This document shows positions 36,301-44,860 of a stretch of DNA of 64,000 nucleotides, one piece after another (position 1 is the first letter of the stretch; each line of letters opens with the position of its first letter). Made by a program: the position numbers and the translations under genes. Below the pieces are notes generated by a model. It was not told the DNA's origin and ran no database searches. It saw only the letters and a list, made by a program, of their open reading frames with translations. This stretch comes from a virus, in the IMG/VR virus record IMGVR_UViG_3300034105_002043, positions 1 through 64,000 of that record. One strand, given 5' to 3'.

Positions 36301-39300
36301 AAATACATTTTCATAATTGGGCTTTTAGCCTCCTCAACAGTAATTGGTTTACTTATTCCCTCTTTTACGCCAAAACTGTTTTCATTCCACATTTCAGCAA
36401 CTTGTTTAGGGGTAAGACCTTTTACTTTTTCGTCTTTTTCAGAAATAATTTTATTCAGTTCTTCTTGAGAACGAATTCCTCCGCCATTAGCATAAACCCC
36501 ACTCATAAATTGAGTTCCGTCTGAAACGTCAGGAGTAAAACCTCCGTTAGACATTTTGTCTAATTTTTTCCAAATACCCTTACTTATTAAGAAATTAATG
36601 TTGTCAACAGAATAAATAGAATTTTCTCCGTCTTCCCAATTTACATTATACACATTAGGAATATTAGTTTCTTTTCCTATTGTTAGTTGCATTTTTTCTC
36701 TTTTATCGAAGTATTTTTCTCCATACCCTGCTTTGAATTTTAATGCACCGCCATCAGCCATTTTATATGCTTTATCAGATTTAGCAAAAGCAACAACTTC
36801 TTTTTGTTTAGGGTTATTTTTATTACCTACTAAAGCAGTAATAAAGTCGCTTTGGCTTATCATTTTTCTACCAAGACCTGACATCAAGTTAGATAGTTCG
36901 GAATCAGTTAGATTATGCTCTTTCGCAAAAGCATCAACTCCCACTTCCCTTGTATTTGTTAAATAAGCAATTTGCTCAATATAAAGTTCTCTCATAGATG
37001 GTCTGCTTTTGGTTTTTCCACCATAAGCGTATTGACCTTGAGAAACGTGAATATTAAAAGCACCTTTTATATCTGAATCTAACGTTGACCAATCAGATGA
37101 AATTGCTTTCGTAATTTTATCAGTTGTAAGTTTATTCTTATTACGTCCATATTTATTTATTTGGTCATTATGGTCATATAAAAAATGTTGTCTTTGTCTT
37201 TCTGTATAATTATTCCAAACGTCTTCAGCAGTTCTTCCCTTATAATTATTAGGAATAGAACCACCGTCTTTGTAAATACCTTGACTTGCGCCCTCGCCCA
37301 AGTAGTAGTTAACATAAGATTGAGAAGCATCATTGATTACTTGTTGGTTTTGAGCCATAGCCCCACCCAACTCATAATTATTTTCAACGAAATTTTTATA
37401 TTTTCTGCTAATTATCTGACCAATTTCTTCGTCATTTAATACTTTAATTCCATCACTTGAAACTTCATATATATATTCAAAGTCATTTTTTTTCTTTGGG
37501 TTTGGAGGAAAAGGCAACGATTTTAACATTATATGATTGTCTTTATCAACATAATCTATAAAAGTATATACATTAGACCCTGCGGTATGTTGAGTATCTA
37601 TAACTTTATAAATATCCCCCTTTTTCAAACCTAATACATTATCTCCAACTGCACCACCTACGGCAAACAACTCTCCGCTTGACATAGCACCTGTTTCTCC
37701 AACAAGACCTGTGTAATAAGTTCCTGAAACCCCGCTTAAAGGCATATCGGCATTTAAACCGCCTGTACCTCCTCCTGAATGACCTGCTAAATCAGTTGTC
37801 ATAAATGCGCCACCAAGTTCAAAAGCACCTGTATTTTGGAAGTTTCCAAAGTTAGGGTCTGTCATAAAAGGAAGTGAGCCTCCGTTAGCATATTCTTTTT
37901 TTGAATGTTCAATAGCAAATTCTTTTGCTTCGTCCATAGTGTCAAAGTCGGCTAATTTTTTTATTTCCCAATTTTCACTTTCATCATTATAAACATTGTC
38001 GTAAACACAATACATATCATTCTCTTCTTGAACGAATATTTCAGTATTGCCTAAACCATATTTATTAGAACCCTCTTTGTAAAAAATACCGCCTTTTTCA
38101 AAAGAAACATTTTGCATTGTTAAATTGTTCATTCCGCCGTCAATTCCACCGCCGTTAGCAAGTTTGGTATTTGGATTTCCTCTTTTATTCGCTTCTTTTA
38201 AAATTTCTTCAATAGCATCTTGTCTTTCTTCTCTATTGCCTTTTAATTCAATTATAACATCGCTATAATCTAAATCTTTCATTTTTGAATATATTTTTGC
38301 TATTTTTTCGTCACTATAAGACTTTAATTCTGCTCTTGCTTGTGTTAAATAAATTGTCATACCTCCGTCAGCATAGTTGCCTTTACTTTGCGCTTTAGCC
38401 CAAAAATAATTTACTACTTCAGGAATATTCTTTTTGTAGTATGGTTGATTATCCATAGCCCACGCTTTAACTTCGTCTTTTGTTTTAAACGGTTTTTGCC
38501 AAGAACGACCACTCATAATTTGATTAAATGTAGGTTCTAATTCTTCGATAAAATCTCCAACAGTCCAACCCTCCCAAACGTGCTTATCCATATTAACAGA
38601 ACCGCCATTAGCAAATCCCTCCATTTTTAATCTTTCTGACAACCACTTAATAGATTCTTCTTTGCTATCAAAATCTCCTACTTCTTCCCAACTTCCTGTT
38701 ACTGATGGAAGATAATATAGTTTTTTTTCTTTATCCAAATAATTAAACCCAACTCCACCATCAAAAACGGGAAGTTCATTGTTGTTTAATTTTTCTCTTG
38801 CTTCAACGGCATATTCAAATTTTAAAAACGGCATTATTTTACCGCCTTTAGCAAAAGATTCATCGCTTTCGTTTAATTCATCAATTTCTGCTTTAATTTT
38901 ATGAGATTTTAAATATTTAGAAAAATTTTCAAGTATCTCCATTAAATCTTCAGTACTTCCATTAAATCTAAAACCAAAATGCGTTCCCTCTTCTCCCATA
39001 AATGGATTAGGTTCTAAACCTGCTGAATCCAAATAATCAATAATATCGTCATATCTTTCATCTGAAATTTCTGTTTTTACAAGAACGTTACCCGCAAAAC
39101 TATTTGATTCGGAATTTTCTAAATCAAAATCACTAAAGTTTAAAATACCACCGTTAGCAAAAGAAACATTTTGTATTGTCAAGTTGTTCATTCCGCCGTC
39201 AAGAAATCTTGGGTTTTTGATTTCTTTAAGATTAGGATTAATAAGGAATTCGTAAACTCTCTCTCTATCCAAACTATCTCCACCACCCCAAGTATGTTCA

Positions 39301-40433
39301 AATTCTAATTGAGCCAAATATTTGTTTACTGCTTTTCTAACTTGCGGTTTAGTAAATTCATATACACCATCTTGTTCATAAGATTCATAAGCCTCATATA
39401 CATAATCTACAAAACGATTAATTTCGGATTGAGATATTTCGTCAGTTACAGGAACACTTACAGTTTTGCCTTTAACTTCTCTCATCATTGGTATAGGTTC
39501 TTCAAACATTCCGCCGTCAGCAAATTTTTTAATATCCCAATTAGTTTTAAATTGACCCGTCTTTTGATTTATTTTATCAATAAAAGCAATTTTTTGTCCT
39601 TTAATATAAATAATGTTATTATTGTCAATAGTTATATCATTTTCTTTTGCATACCTATTAACCATTGCATTTTTTTCGGTTTTTTTATTAAATTGTTTTT
39701 CTTTACTTAAATCGTTAAGCATTTTTCCGTAAGTTACGGCAATGTTTTCTATTGCACCACCACTTGCTAATAAAGGCATATTTTTTGGATAATTAGGTGC
39801 TAAACGGTCAGCGTGACGGTCACGAGTTTCCCAATACTTTCTACCTAACTTATTAGGGAAAGTACCATATTTATTTGAAGTATTCCCCTCTTTAGTAACA
39901 AATCTTGCACCTCTCGGTTTTGCAGTTCTTACCATATCACGTCTTAAATCAGATTTTGTAAAACCTTGTAACTCTTTTTTAGTTCTAACAAGAGCCAAAA
40001 GTTTTTCTAACTCACTTTTCTTTTGCTCAACAACTTGCTCTCTACGTTCTTTTAAAACTACTTTAGCACGTTCCATAGCATCTTTCCAAGACTCTCCTGC
40101 TTTTTGAATTTCTTTAGCAACAGACATTATGTTATTACTTGAACCTTTGGCAGTTGAAGTAGTTGCAGGGGCTTTTGCTTTAGTAACTTTTTTTGCTTTA
40201 ACGGCTTTTTGTACTTTAGCAACTTTTTGAGCAACCGCCTTTGGCTTTTTTACCGAATCAGGATTAAGCGTTGTAATTTGGTCTAAAATCTTTTCAGCAA
40301 CTTTGTTTTTTGCCTCATCAGTTTCTTCAAAATTATTGGTAAGTTTTTTAACTTGCGCCAATACTTTTTGGTCTTTTTCGGAAACTTTAGATTGGTCAAT
40401 AGTTTCGTATTTTTTTAATAAAGTAGAGTTCAT
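33327..40433 (-). CDS. Giant polyvalent protein or polyprotein (about 27 PhixxGG motifs)
   Basis: 2368-aa ORF of short unrelated modules separated by FANGG/YADGG/YANGG and variants. Confidence 0.8.
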   Translation of the reverse strand: MNSTLLKKYETIDQSKVSEKDQKVLAQVKKLTNNFEETDEAKNKVAEKILDQITTLNPDSVKKPKAVAQKVAKVQKAVKAKKVTKAKAPATTSTAKGSSNNIMSVAKEIQKAGESWKDAMERAKVVLKERREQVVEQKKSELEKLLALVRTKKELQGFTKSDLRRDMVRTAKPRGARFVTKEGNTSNKYGTFPNKLGRKYWETRDRHADRLAPNYPKNMPLLASGGAIENIAVTYGKMLNDLSKEKQFNKKTEKNAMVNRYAKENDITIDNNNIIYIKGQKIAFIDKINQKTGQFKTNWDIKKFADGGMFEEPIPMMREVKGKTVSVPVTDEISQSEINRFVDYVYEAYESYEQDGVYEFTKPQVRKAVNKYLAQLEFEHTWGGGDSLDRERVYEFLINPNLKEIKNPRFLDGGMNNLTIQNVSFANGGILNFSDFDLENSESNSFAGNVLVKTEISDERYDDIIDYLDSAGLEPNPFMGEEGTHFGFRFNGSTEDLMEILENFSKYLKSHKIKAEIDELNESDESFAKGGKIMPFLKFEYAVEAREKLNNNELPVFDGGVGFNYLDKEKKLYYLPSVTGSWEEVGDFDSKEESIKWLSERLKMEGFANGGSVNMDKHVWEGWTVGDFIEELEPTFNQIMSGRSWQKPFKTKDEVKAWAMDNQPYYKKNIPEVVNYFWAKAQSKGNYADGGMTIYLTQARAELKSYSDEKIAKIYSKMKDLDYSDVIIELKGNREERQDAIEEILKEANKRGNPNTKLANGGGIDGGMNNLTMQNVSFEKGGIFYKEGSNKYGLGNTEIFVQEENDMYCVYDNVYNDESENWEIKKLADFDTMDEAKEFAIEHSKKEYANGGSLPFMTDPNFGNFQNTGAFELGGAFMTTDLAGHSGGGTGGLNADMPLSGVSGTYYTGLVGETGAMSSGELFAVGGAVGDNVLGLKKGDIYKVIDTQHTAGSNVYTFIDYVDKDNHIMLKSLPFPPNPKKKNDFEYIYEVSSDGIKVLNDEEIGQIISRKYKNFVENNYELGGAMAQNQQVINDASQSYVNYYLGEGASQGIYKDGGSIPNNYKGRTAEDVWNNYTERQRQHFLYDHNDQINKYGRNKNKLTTDKITKAISSDWSTLDSDIKGAFNIHVSQGQYAYGGKTKSRPSMRELYIEQIAYLTNTREVGVDAFAKEHNLTDSELSNLMSGLGRKMISQSDFITALVGNKNNPKQKEVVAFAKSDKAYKMADGGALKFKAGYGEKYFDKREKMQLTIGKETNIPNVYNVNWEDGENSIYSVDNINFLISKGIWKKLDKMSNGGFTPDVSDGTQFMSGVYANGGGIRSQEELNKIISEKDEKVKGLTPKQVAEMWNENSFGVKEGISKPITVEEAKSPIMKMYLRNLLIENELTEDEYNEYFESGGFVGTVEFNTGDVVWQKDEKRYATVMNNYGDPVNGDYGELRLDTTGNTPIFTYDKNYQSTGYNLVKLGEKGDTGKFTPEVVAEMKESANRLIDMRKERKDTEMIEYYEGIYKRLLDGEFDSMVGRAKATASSKLKKYIDNEDINYVALMIKGSRRIVKGSDVLNGANLLKDGGDLTNIAFYVPKRDVISVTLKNGKTIKPVNGYWVKKDYQPISGSGGNNVDESFKIGDYVKKTEKQGSIVYGTEGFIYEIDKDFSEIKLEDDYGNKNPKSYKLKGFRKLKSKSKNANVSSNAPTSIVKKDSNKLVAPKGYVFVNSGSHRATQQINRGDAKYVSLYSFGGANTSAGTTIMFMTEKDFEKVKDIRGVSPAKNSLPAKSQWFSRHEDKNLDKVFLDIEQRESFGYADGGQMEVNDIDAELEDFDLDNLDPFETMQYENYSKSMSKVDALQVLIDTVEGDYSQLSPELAELAEMQISQEEWDESSREMYGYANGGEVKDKDGFNLYDKLDNTIKKDFWVWEYEKPSDVIQGNSDRETEEGYTEKGIVDFQIARMQRGYIYGFHIQGVTGDDFNFVSKTWQDAWDKYDNDDYDDIDDEEDDNVSSFGIPFDDDSYAKGGEIADIQKMKKALITKAKSRGLYENFGQKEVRVLEDKYGYTNNVRDFDNWAMNFDLSQMAYGGGVAFKPYGKTKGKFKITYLDGGEKQSEIRETLEMAIDTANRYKKYDEFSKIEVFDESGKKIMADGGFMNDVYADGGELKGKFLAEIKVPYNYERVVKDEFEFTEFLSKKLTNNWFGNGYWGVTIVKPLFEKDYSQKIVVEIQIPVGVTQGGGLDKFDVEEFISKTLTKKWFGNGYWGVDIVSSYADGGMFEDNEGFMRADNNFNYRYPEMEVYVETFDEPIDLTSNVSSKSNKVVIKPLDENIDLSDDKRVRATMGYTPKNRNPESFAKINPRAFEFIEELPMPTSNTHKND

Positions 40434-40448
40434 ATTTTTAATTTTTAA

Positions 40449-41561
40449 TTATTCGTATAGTTTTAATAAATCTTCAAGGTTTTCTGTTTCTTCTATTGGA
40501 TAAAGCGATAATAAATCTTCAAGGCTATCTGTTTCTTCAATTGGTTTTTCAACTTTACCGACAGGAGGAATTACTTCTATAATTTCATCATAGTCATAAT
40601 ATACGTCCATTGATTTAATATTTTCCTTTATTTTTTGTCTTATATTTTCCAATGCTTCAGTTTCGTTATCGGCATAAACATCGTGTATTTTAGGGTATTT
40701 AGTTCCCCCGTCTTTTTCACTTGCTGAAACAACAACATTTATCTTGTAAAGAGTTTTACCTGCATTTTCATCTTCAACCTCAATTATTGGTTCGACAACT
40801 TTTTTAGGTTCTGACTTGCTACCAATACTTTGGTTTTCTTTAGCAAGAATTAAAGTTTGCTTTATAAGTTCAATAATTTCGTTTTTAATGCTTTCGTCTT
40901 TAATCTCGTTTAACTTTTTTGTATTGATGACATTATAAAAATCATCTAAAGTTATATCTTTAGTTGGCGTTTGAACAAATTCATTCTCGATAAAACTTTT
41001 AGTAATCACTTCTTCAAAAGGGAATCTATCTCTAACAACACTCCAATCAATACTATCTTTTGAAGCAAATGGCGTAATAAGATATTCAGACCAATTAGTA
41101 TCGAACTCATTTTGCAAATCGCTTAATTTGTTCAACCTATCAAATACTATGTATTTTTCTTTTGCTTTATTAAAATCAAATAAAACAGGTCTTTCTAAAG
41201 TAAAACTTAAAATCTTTCTTTCCGTTTGTCCAAGTAACATCATTTGTTTGTAATCAAACTCCACGACAGAGCCGATTTCAACACCGTAAACTTTATCAAA
41301 TTTATAAGTGTCTAAATTAGAACCGTCAAATTCTGTATTTAGGTTTGAAATATCGTCCCTATTGGTTAAATTATAGTTTTCCCAAATAAACAAAGGCAAA
41401 TTATTTTGCCATTTAGAATATTCAGAACCTTTTTTAAATGAAATATCTGCGTTAAATTTTATTAACACCAAGTTGTAAAGGGTCTTGAAAGAAACCAAGC
41501 ATAAGTTGCCTAATCTATCATAAATTAAATTCCCCTCTTTGTAATCCATTATTAATTCCAT
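40449..41561 (-). CDS. Hypothetical protein
   Basis: 370-aa ORF; duplicated acidic C-terminal EET..LEDLL.LY. Confidence 0.7.
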   Translation of the reverse strand: MELIMDYKEGNLIYDRLGNLCLVSFKTLYNLVLIKFNADISFKKGSEYSKWQNNLPLFIWENYNLTNRDDISNLNTEFDGSNLDTYKFDKVYGVEIGSVVEFDYKQMMLLGQTERKILSFTLERPVLFDFNKAKEKYIVFDRLNKLSDLQNEFDTNWSEYLITPFASKDSIDWSVVRDRFPFEEVITKSFIENEFVQTPTKDITLDDFYNVINTKKLNEIKDESIKNEIIELIKQTLILAKENQSIGSKSEPKKVVEPIIEVEDENAGKTLYKINVVVSASEKDGGTKYPKIHDVYADNETEALENIRQKIKENIKSMDVYYDYDEIIEVIPPVGKVEKPIEETDSLEDLLSLYPIEETENLEDLLKLYE

Positions 41562-41577
41562 TTCTTACCTTTTTAAA

Positions 41578-41853
41578 TTAAATTTCAGTTGGCTTTAAAT
41601 CGCCTAAAAAAGCACCATACTCCAATCTTGTCATTCCGCTTTCTAAATTTTTCCAACCCTCTTCAGGAACGTATGTTTCAAGTATTTCTGTTTCTTTGTA
41701 AATTCCGCCCTCTCCAATATGGTAATTAACGTGAATAAAAAAAGTATTTGGAATTTCAGGGTGTTTTAATACCTCTACTTTGCTCAAAGATACGTTTTTA
41801 TGTTTACCAAAATCTTGGTAATGTTTTTTTCGATTTGTTACTTCTGCTATCAT
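41578..41853 (-). CDS. Hypothetical protein
   Basis: ORF track, operon spacing. Confidence 0.7.
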   Translation of the reverse strand: MIAEVTNRKKHYQDFGKHKNVSLSKVEVLKHPEIPNTFFIHVNYHIGEGGIYKETEILETYVPEEGWKNLESGMTRLEYGAFLGDLKPTEI

Positions 41854-41854
41854 C

Positions 41855-43444
41855 TTACCTTAATGTTTTTTCGATTGCTTTAATCAAGTCGTTTGTTCTT
41901 TCCTCTGTTCTTAAAATTTCTTCAGTAGGCGTTTCATAAACCTTTAATTTCGGGTCGCCTAAATTCCGAACAACTTGTAAATTATCTCTTATAAGACCTG
42001 ATAAATACCTTACAATATTTTGCTTTTGTTGAGCATCAGATAAGTTTGCATATTTAGGGTCTTCTTTTTCTCTTGTGTATATTTTTTGTATGAATTTTGA
42101 CGGGTTATTTGTTAATAACATTCCAACGTAATCTAAAATTCTATAAACTTCTTCTTTTATTTTTTCAAAAGTATCTGCGCTATTTCTACCTGTCAATCTA
42201 TCGCTACTATCTATATCTCTTAAACCACCAAGAATCATTAATCCTTTGTCGTTTATTTTTGTTGTGTTTTTTACAGAGCCTTTCTGATTGAAAACCCAAT
42301 TTTTATACATTTGAAAAGCATCGTATAAATCATCACGTTGACCATTTCTAAAACCATACAAAGTAGAACCATACCCATAAGGGTAACGAGTGCTATTAGG
42401 ATTATTTGCTTTTTCAGCCATTCTTCTAACAGTAGCCAAACTACGCCAAAGATTTACCCTGAAAAAACGTACATCTGAAGTAAATGAAGCAAGGTTTCCG
42501 AAATCAAGCGTTTCTCCATACTCTTTCAAAGCAAAAGGCAAGAAAACCAATGTATCTTCGGGTGTATCATAACCTCTTACTCCATATATTCTTACTTTAA
42601 CACCTGCTTTTTCTAAAATATCGGCAACAATAAATGTCGGTAAGTTTTTAGCCAACATATTTTCTGTGTCAATCCCCGCAAGACCCCCTGCTACTATAAA
42701 TAAATCAACAAAAGGAGAAACCCCACCACCAAGTTTTTCTCTATACATAAAAACTTTTTTGGTAGTAGTAGCATATTTTAATTTTGCATAAATTCCTTTT
42801 TCTTTATCCACTTCAAATCCACACCCATTATAAATTTTACCGTCTTTAAAAGGCAAGTTTAATTTATGAACGTCTGAATACTGAACTTTTACATCTTCGC
42901 AATACTTTTCAATTAAAGAAGTACCCTCTTGTTGCTTTCTTAAATAAACTCTATTTCCTTTAAAATTATAATATGGAGCATTATTTATTTCACTTTGCAA
43001 AACAAGGTTACTATCTACTACAACCTCATTAGTTTCGTCATAATATTCAACTTTTCTGTATAACCCTTTTGACGCAACACCAAAATTAAATACTCCTTTT
43101 GGCAAAGAAGTAAATTTCATTCTTGCTGAATCAAAGTCGCCTCCTAAATCCAAGTCTTTTCTAATATCCGAAAAACTATTTAACGCATCTTGCAACAAAG
43201 GCATATCGCTAAATATTTTTATTTCGTCATAAGAAAATTGTTCTTCAAGACTTTTTGTGCTATTTGGGTCGTAACCATAAAAACTTGGATTACCTGTAAT
43301 GTTGCCATCAGAAGTTGAAACATCATTGATACGATTAACCTCTGTTGGGTTATTCAACCAATAGTCCTCAACTTCCTTTAGTAAATCCCTTTGGGAATTA
43401 TAGAAGTAAAACTCTAATTTATTTGCAAGAGTTGAATTTATCAT
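41855..43444 (-). CDS. Divergent vWA-like partner of MoxR ATPase
   Basis: VDLFIVAG...IVADILEKAGVKVRIY alpha/beta pattern; directly follows AAA gene; MIDAS not clearly intact. Confidence 0.45.
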   Translation of the reverse strand: MINSTLANKLEFYFYNSQRDLLKEVEDYWLNNPTEVNRINDVSTSDGNITGNPSFYGYDPNSTKSLEEQFSYDEIKIFSDMPLLQDALNSFSDIRKDLDLGGDFDSARMKFTSLPKGVFNFGVASKGLYRKVEYYDETNEVVVDSNLVLQSEINNAPYYNFKGNRVYLRKQQEGTSLIEKYCEDVKVQYSDVHKLNLPFKDGKIYNGCGFEVDKEKGIYAKLKYATTTKKVFMYREKLGGGVSPFVDLFIVAGGLAGIDTENMLAKNLPTFIVADILEKAGVKVRIYGVRGYDTPEDTLVFLPFALKEYGETLDFGNLASFTSDVRFFRVNLWRSLATVRRMAEKANNPNSTRYPYGYGSTLYGFRNGQRDDLYDAFQMYKNWVFNQKGSVKNTTKINDKGLMILGGLRDIDSSDRLTGRNSADTFEKIKEEVYRILDYVGMLLTNNPSKFIQKIYTREKEDPKYANLSDAQQKQNIVRYLSGLIRDNLQVVRNLGDPKLKVYETPTEEILRTEERTNDLIKAIEKTLR

Positions 43445-43447
43445 ATA

Positions 43448-44860
43448 TTATAAAGGAATTGCGCTATTTTTAGCATAATTTTTCTCCGCTTCTTCAATAA
43501 TAAGTTTAGCAGTTTCTTTTTCTTCGTCAGTTGCCGTATTTAATTGTGCCAAAGGCGTTACATCTTTAATATCACACATATCATAAAATGCTCTAAATTC
43601 AGCAGACAATTCTTGTTCAATTGTTTCTCTTTGTTGTTGAGAAAATAATGTCAAAAATGATTTTACAACCTCGCTTAATTTTTTAGGTCTTGGTATCTTA
43701 TTTGGGGTTTGTTCTCTATTAACAAGGAAAGCAACAAAAGTATCTCTCGCAACAATCATTAAACGAGTTGAAACGAAAGCAATACCTGTCAATTTCTTCT
43801 CTACAATTTTCATACGCAATTGAGCCAAGAAGTTAAAAGCAAAAGTCATATCAACAATAGTTCCGTCAGGGAAACTATCTGAAGATATATTGGTCATTAT
43901 TTTTTCATACTCAAATTTGTAGTTGTATGTAATTCTGTAACAACTTCCTGCGAAACGGTCTTGCAAAGATAAATCCTGTTTAAAGTTAGCCTCGTAGTCT
44001 TTGTTTGCTTCATTCAACAAAGAGTTACCTGTTGCAATTATAAAAATATTTGCTCTTGAAATTCTTTGCCCCTTACCATTTGAAATAGTTGGCTGAACTT
44101 CTATTTTAGTTCCGTTAGCCAATTCAACAACTTTTACGGCATCTTTAATTTTAGCCAAACCGTCATTTAATAAACCTGCGGTATTAGGGTCAATTTTAGG
44201 TAACTCATCTAAAAGCAGTAAAGCACCGTCATAAGGTTGATTTTTAGCATTTAAACCTAAATCAATATTACCCCACGCTTCAGTTAATCTTCCCTCTTGA
44301 TACCCGTCAATAGTTTGACCTCCTAAAATATCTAATGGAGAAGTATATTGGTTACAGTTTAAAGTAATCAACTTATAGTTAATTCTGTCCGCTATAATAC
44401 CTGCAATAAAAGTTTTACCCGTTCCTGCTTCCCCGTATAAATATACGTTATTTTGGGCTTCATAATCAGATAATAATACATCAATCAATCTACGGTCTTC
44501 GCCCGTTTTACCACTAAAGGTTTTTACGTTATTGACTTTTACTTCAATAGTTTTTGTTTCGCCAATTAACTTTTGAAGTTCAGGAGAAAGGTTAGACTCT
44601 TTAATTTTTAATTTTTTCAACCTTTCGTTGATAGCATTGTCAATCTCTCTATTAGACAAACTTGCGTTGCTATTGTAAACCTTGTCAATCAAAGTGTTTA
44701 TAGAAGTAACTACTCCCGAAAAATCTTTGTCAACATCAACTTTCTTACGTTGTTTAATTTGGTCTAATCTTTCCTGCGCAACTTTACTTGCGACAGAATC
44801 GGCAGGATTATTAGCGATTATCCTTTCGTATTTTTCTATTTCTTTTGTATTATCTTCCAT
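43448..44860 (-). CDS. AAA+ ATPase, MoxR/CbbQ/dynein-related type
   Basis: GEAGTGKT, LLLLDE, IATGN, QDLSLQDRF. Confidence 0.88.
   Translation of the reverse strand: MEDNTKEIEKYERIIANNPADSVASKVAQERLDQIKQRKKVDVDKDFSGVVTSINTLIDKVYNSNASLSNREIDNAINERLKKLKIKESNLSPELQKLIGETKTIEVKVNNVKTFSGKTGEDRRLIDVLLSDYEAQNNVYLYGEAGTGKTFIAGIIADRINYKLITLNCNQYTSPLDILGGQTIDGYQEGRLTEAWGNIDLGLNAKNQPYDGALLLLDELPKIDPNTAGLLNDGLAKIKDAVKVVELANGTKIEVQPTISNGKGQRISRANIFIIATGNSLLNEANKDYEANFKQDLSLQDRFAGSCYRITYNYKFEYEKIMTNISSDSFPDGTIVDMTFAFNFLAQLRMKIVEKKLTGIAFVSTRLMIVARDTFVAFLVNREQTPNKIPRPKKLSEVVKSFLTLFSQQQRETIEQELSAEFRAFYDMCDIKDVTPLAQLNTATDEEKETAKLIIEEAEKNYAKNSAIPL

Noticed and set aside
29289-39200. Recurring ccgtcagc-containing repeats as a CRISPR array
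   Set aside because: Irregular spacing of hundreds of bp, degenerate at codon third positions, in frame within ORFs, and no cas genes
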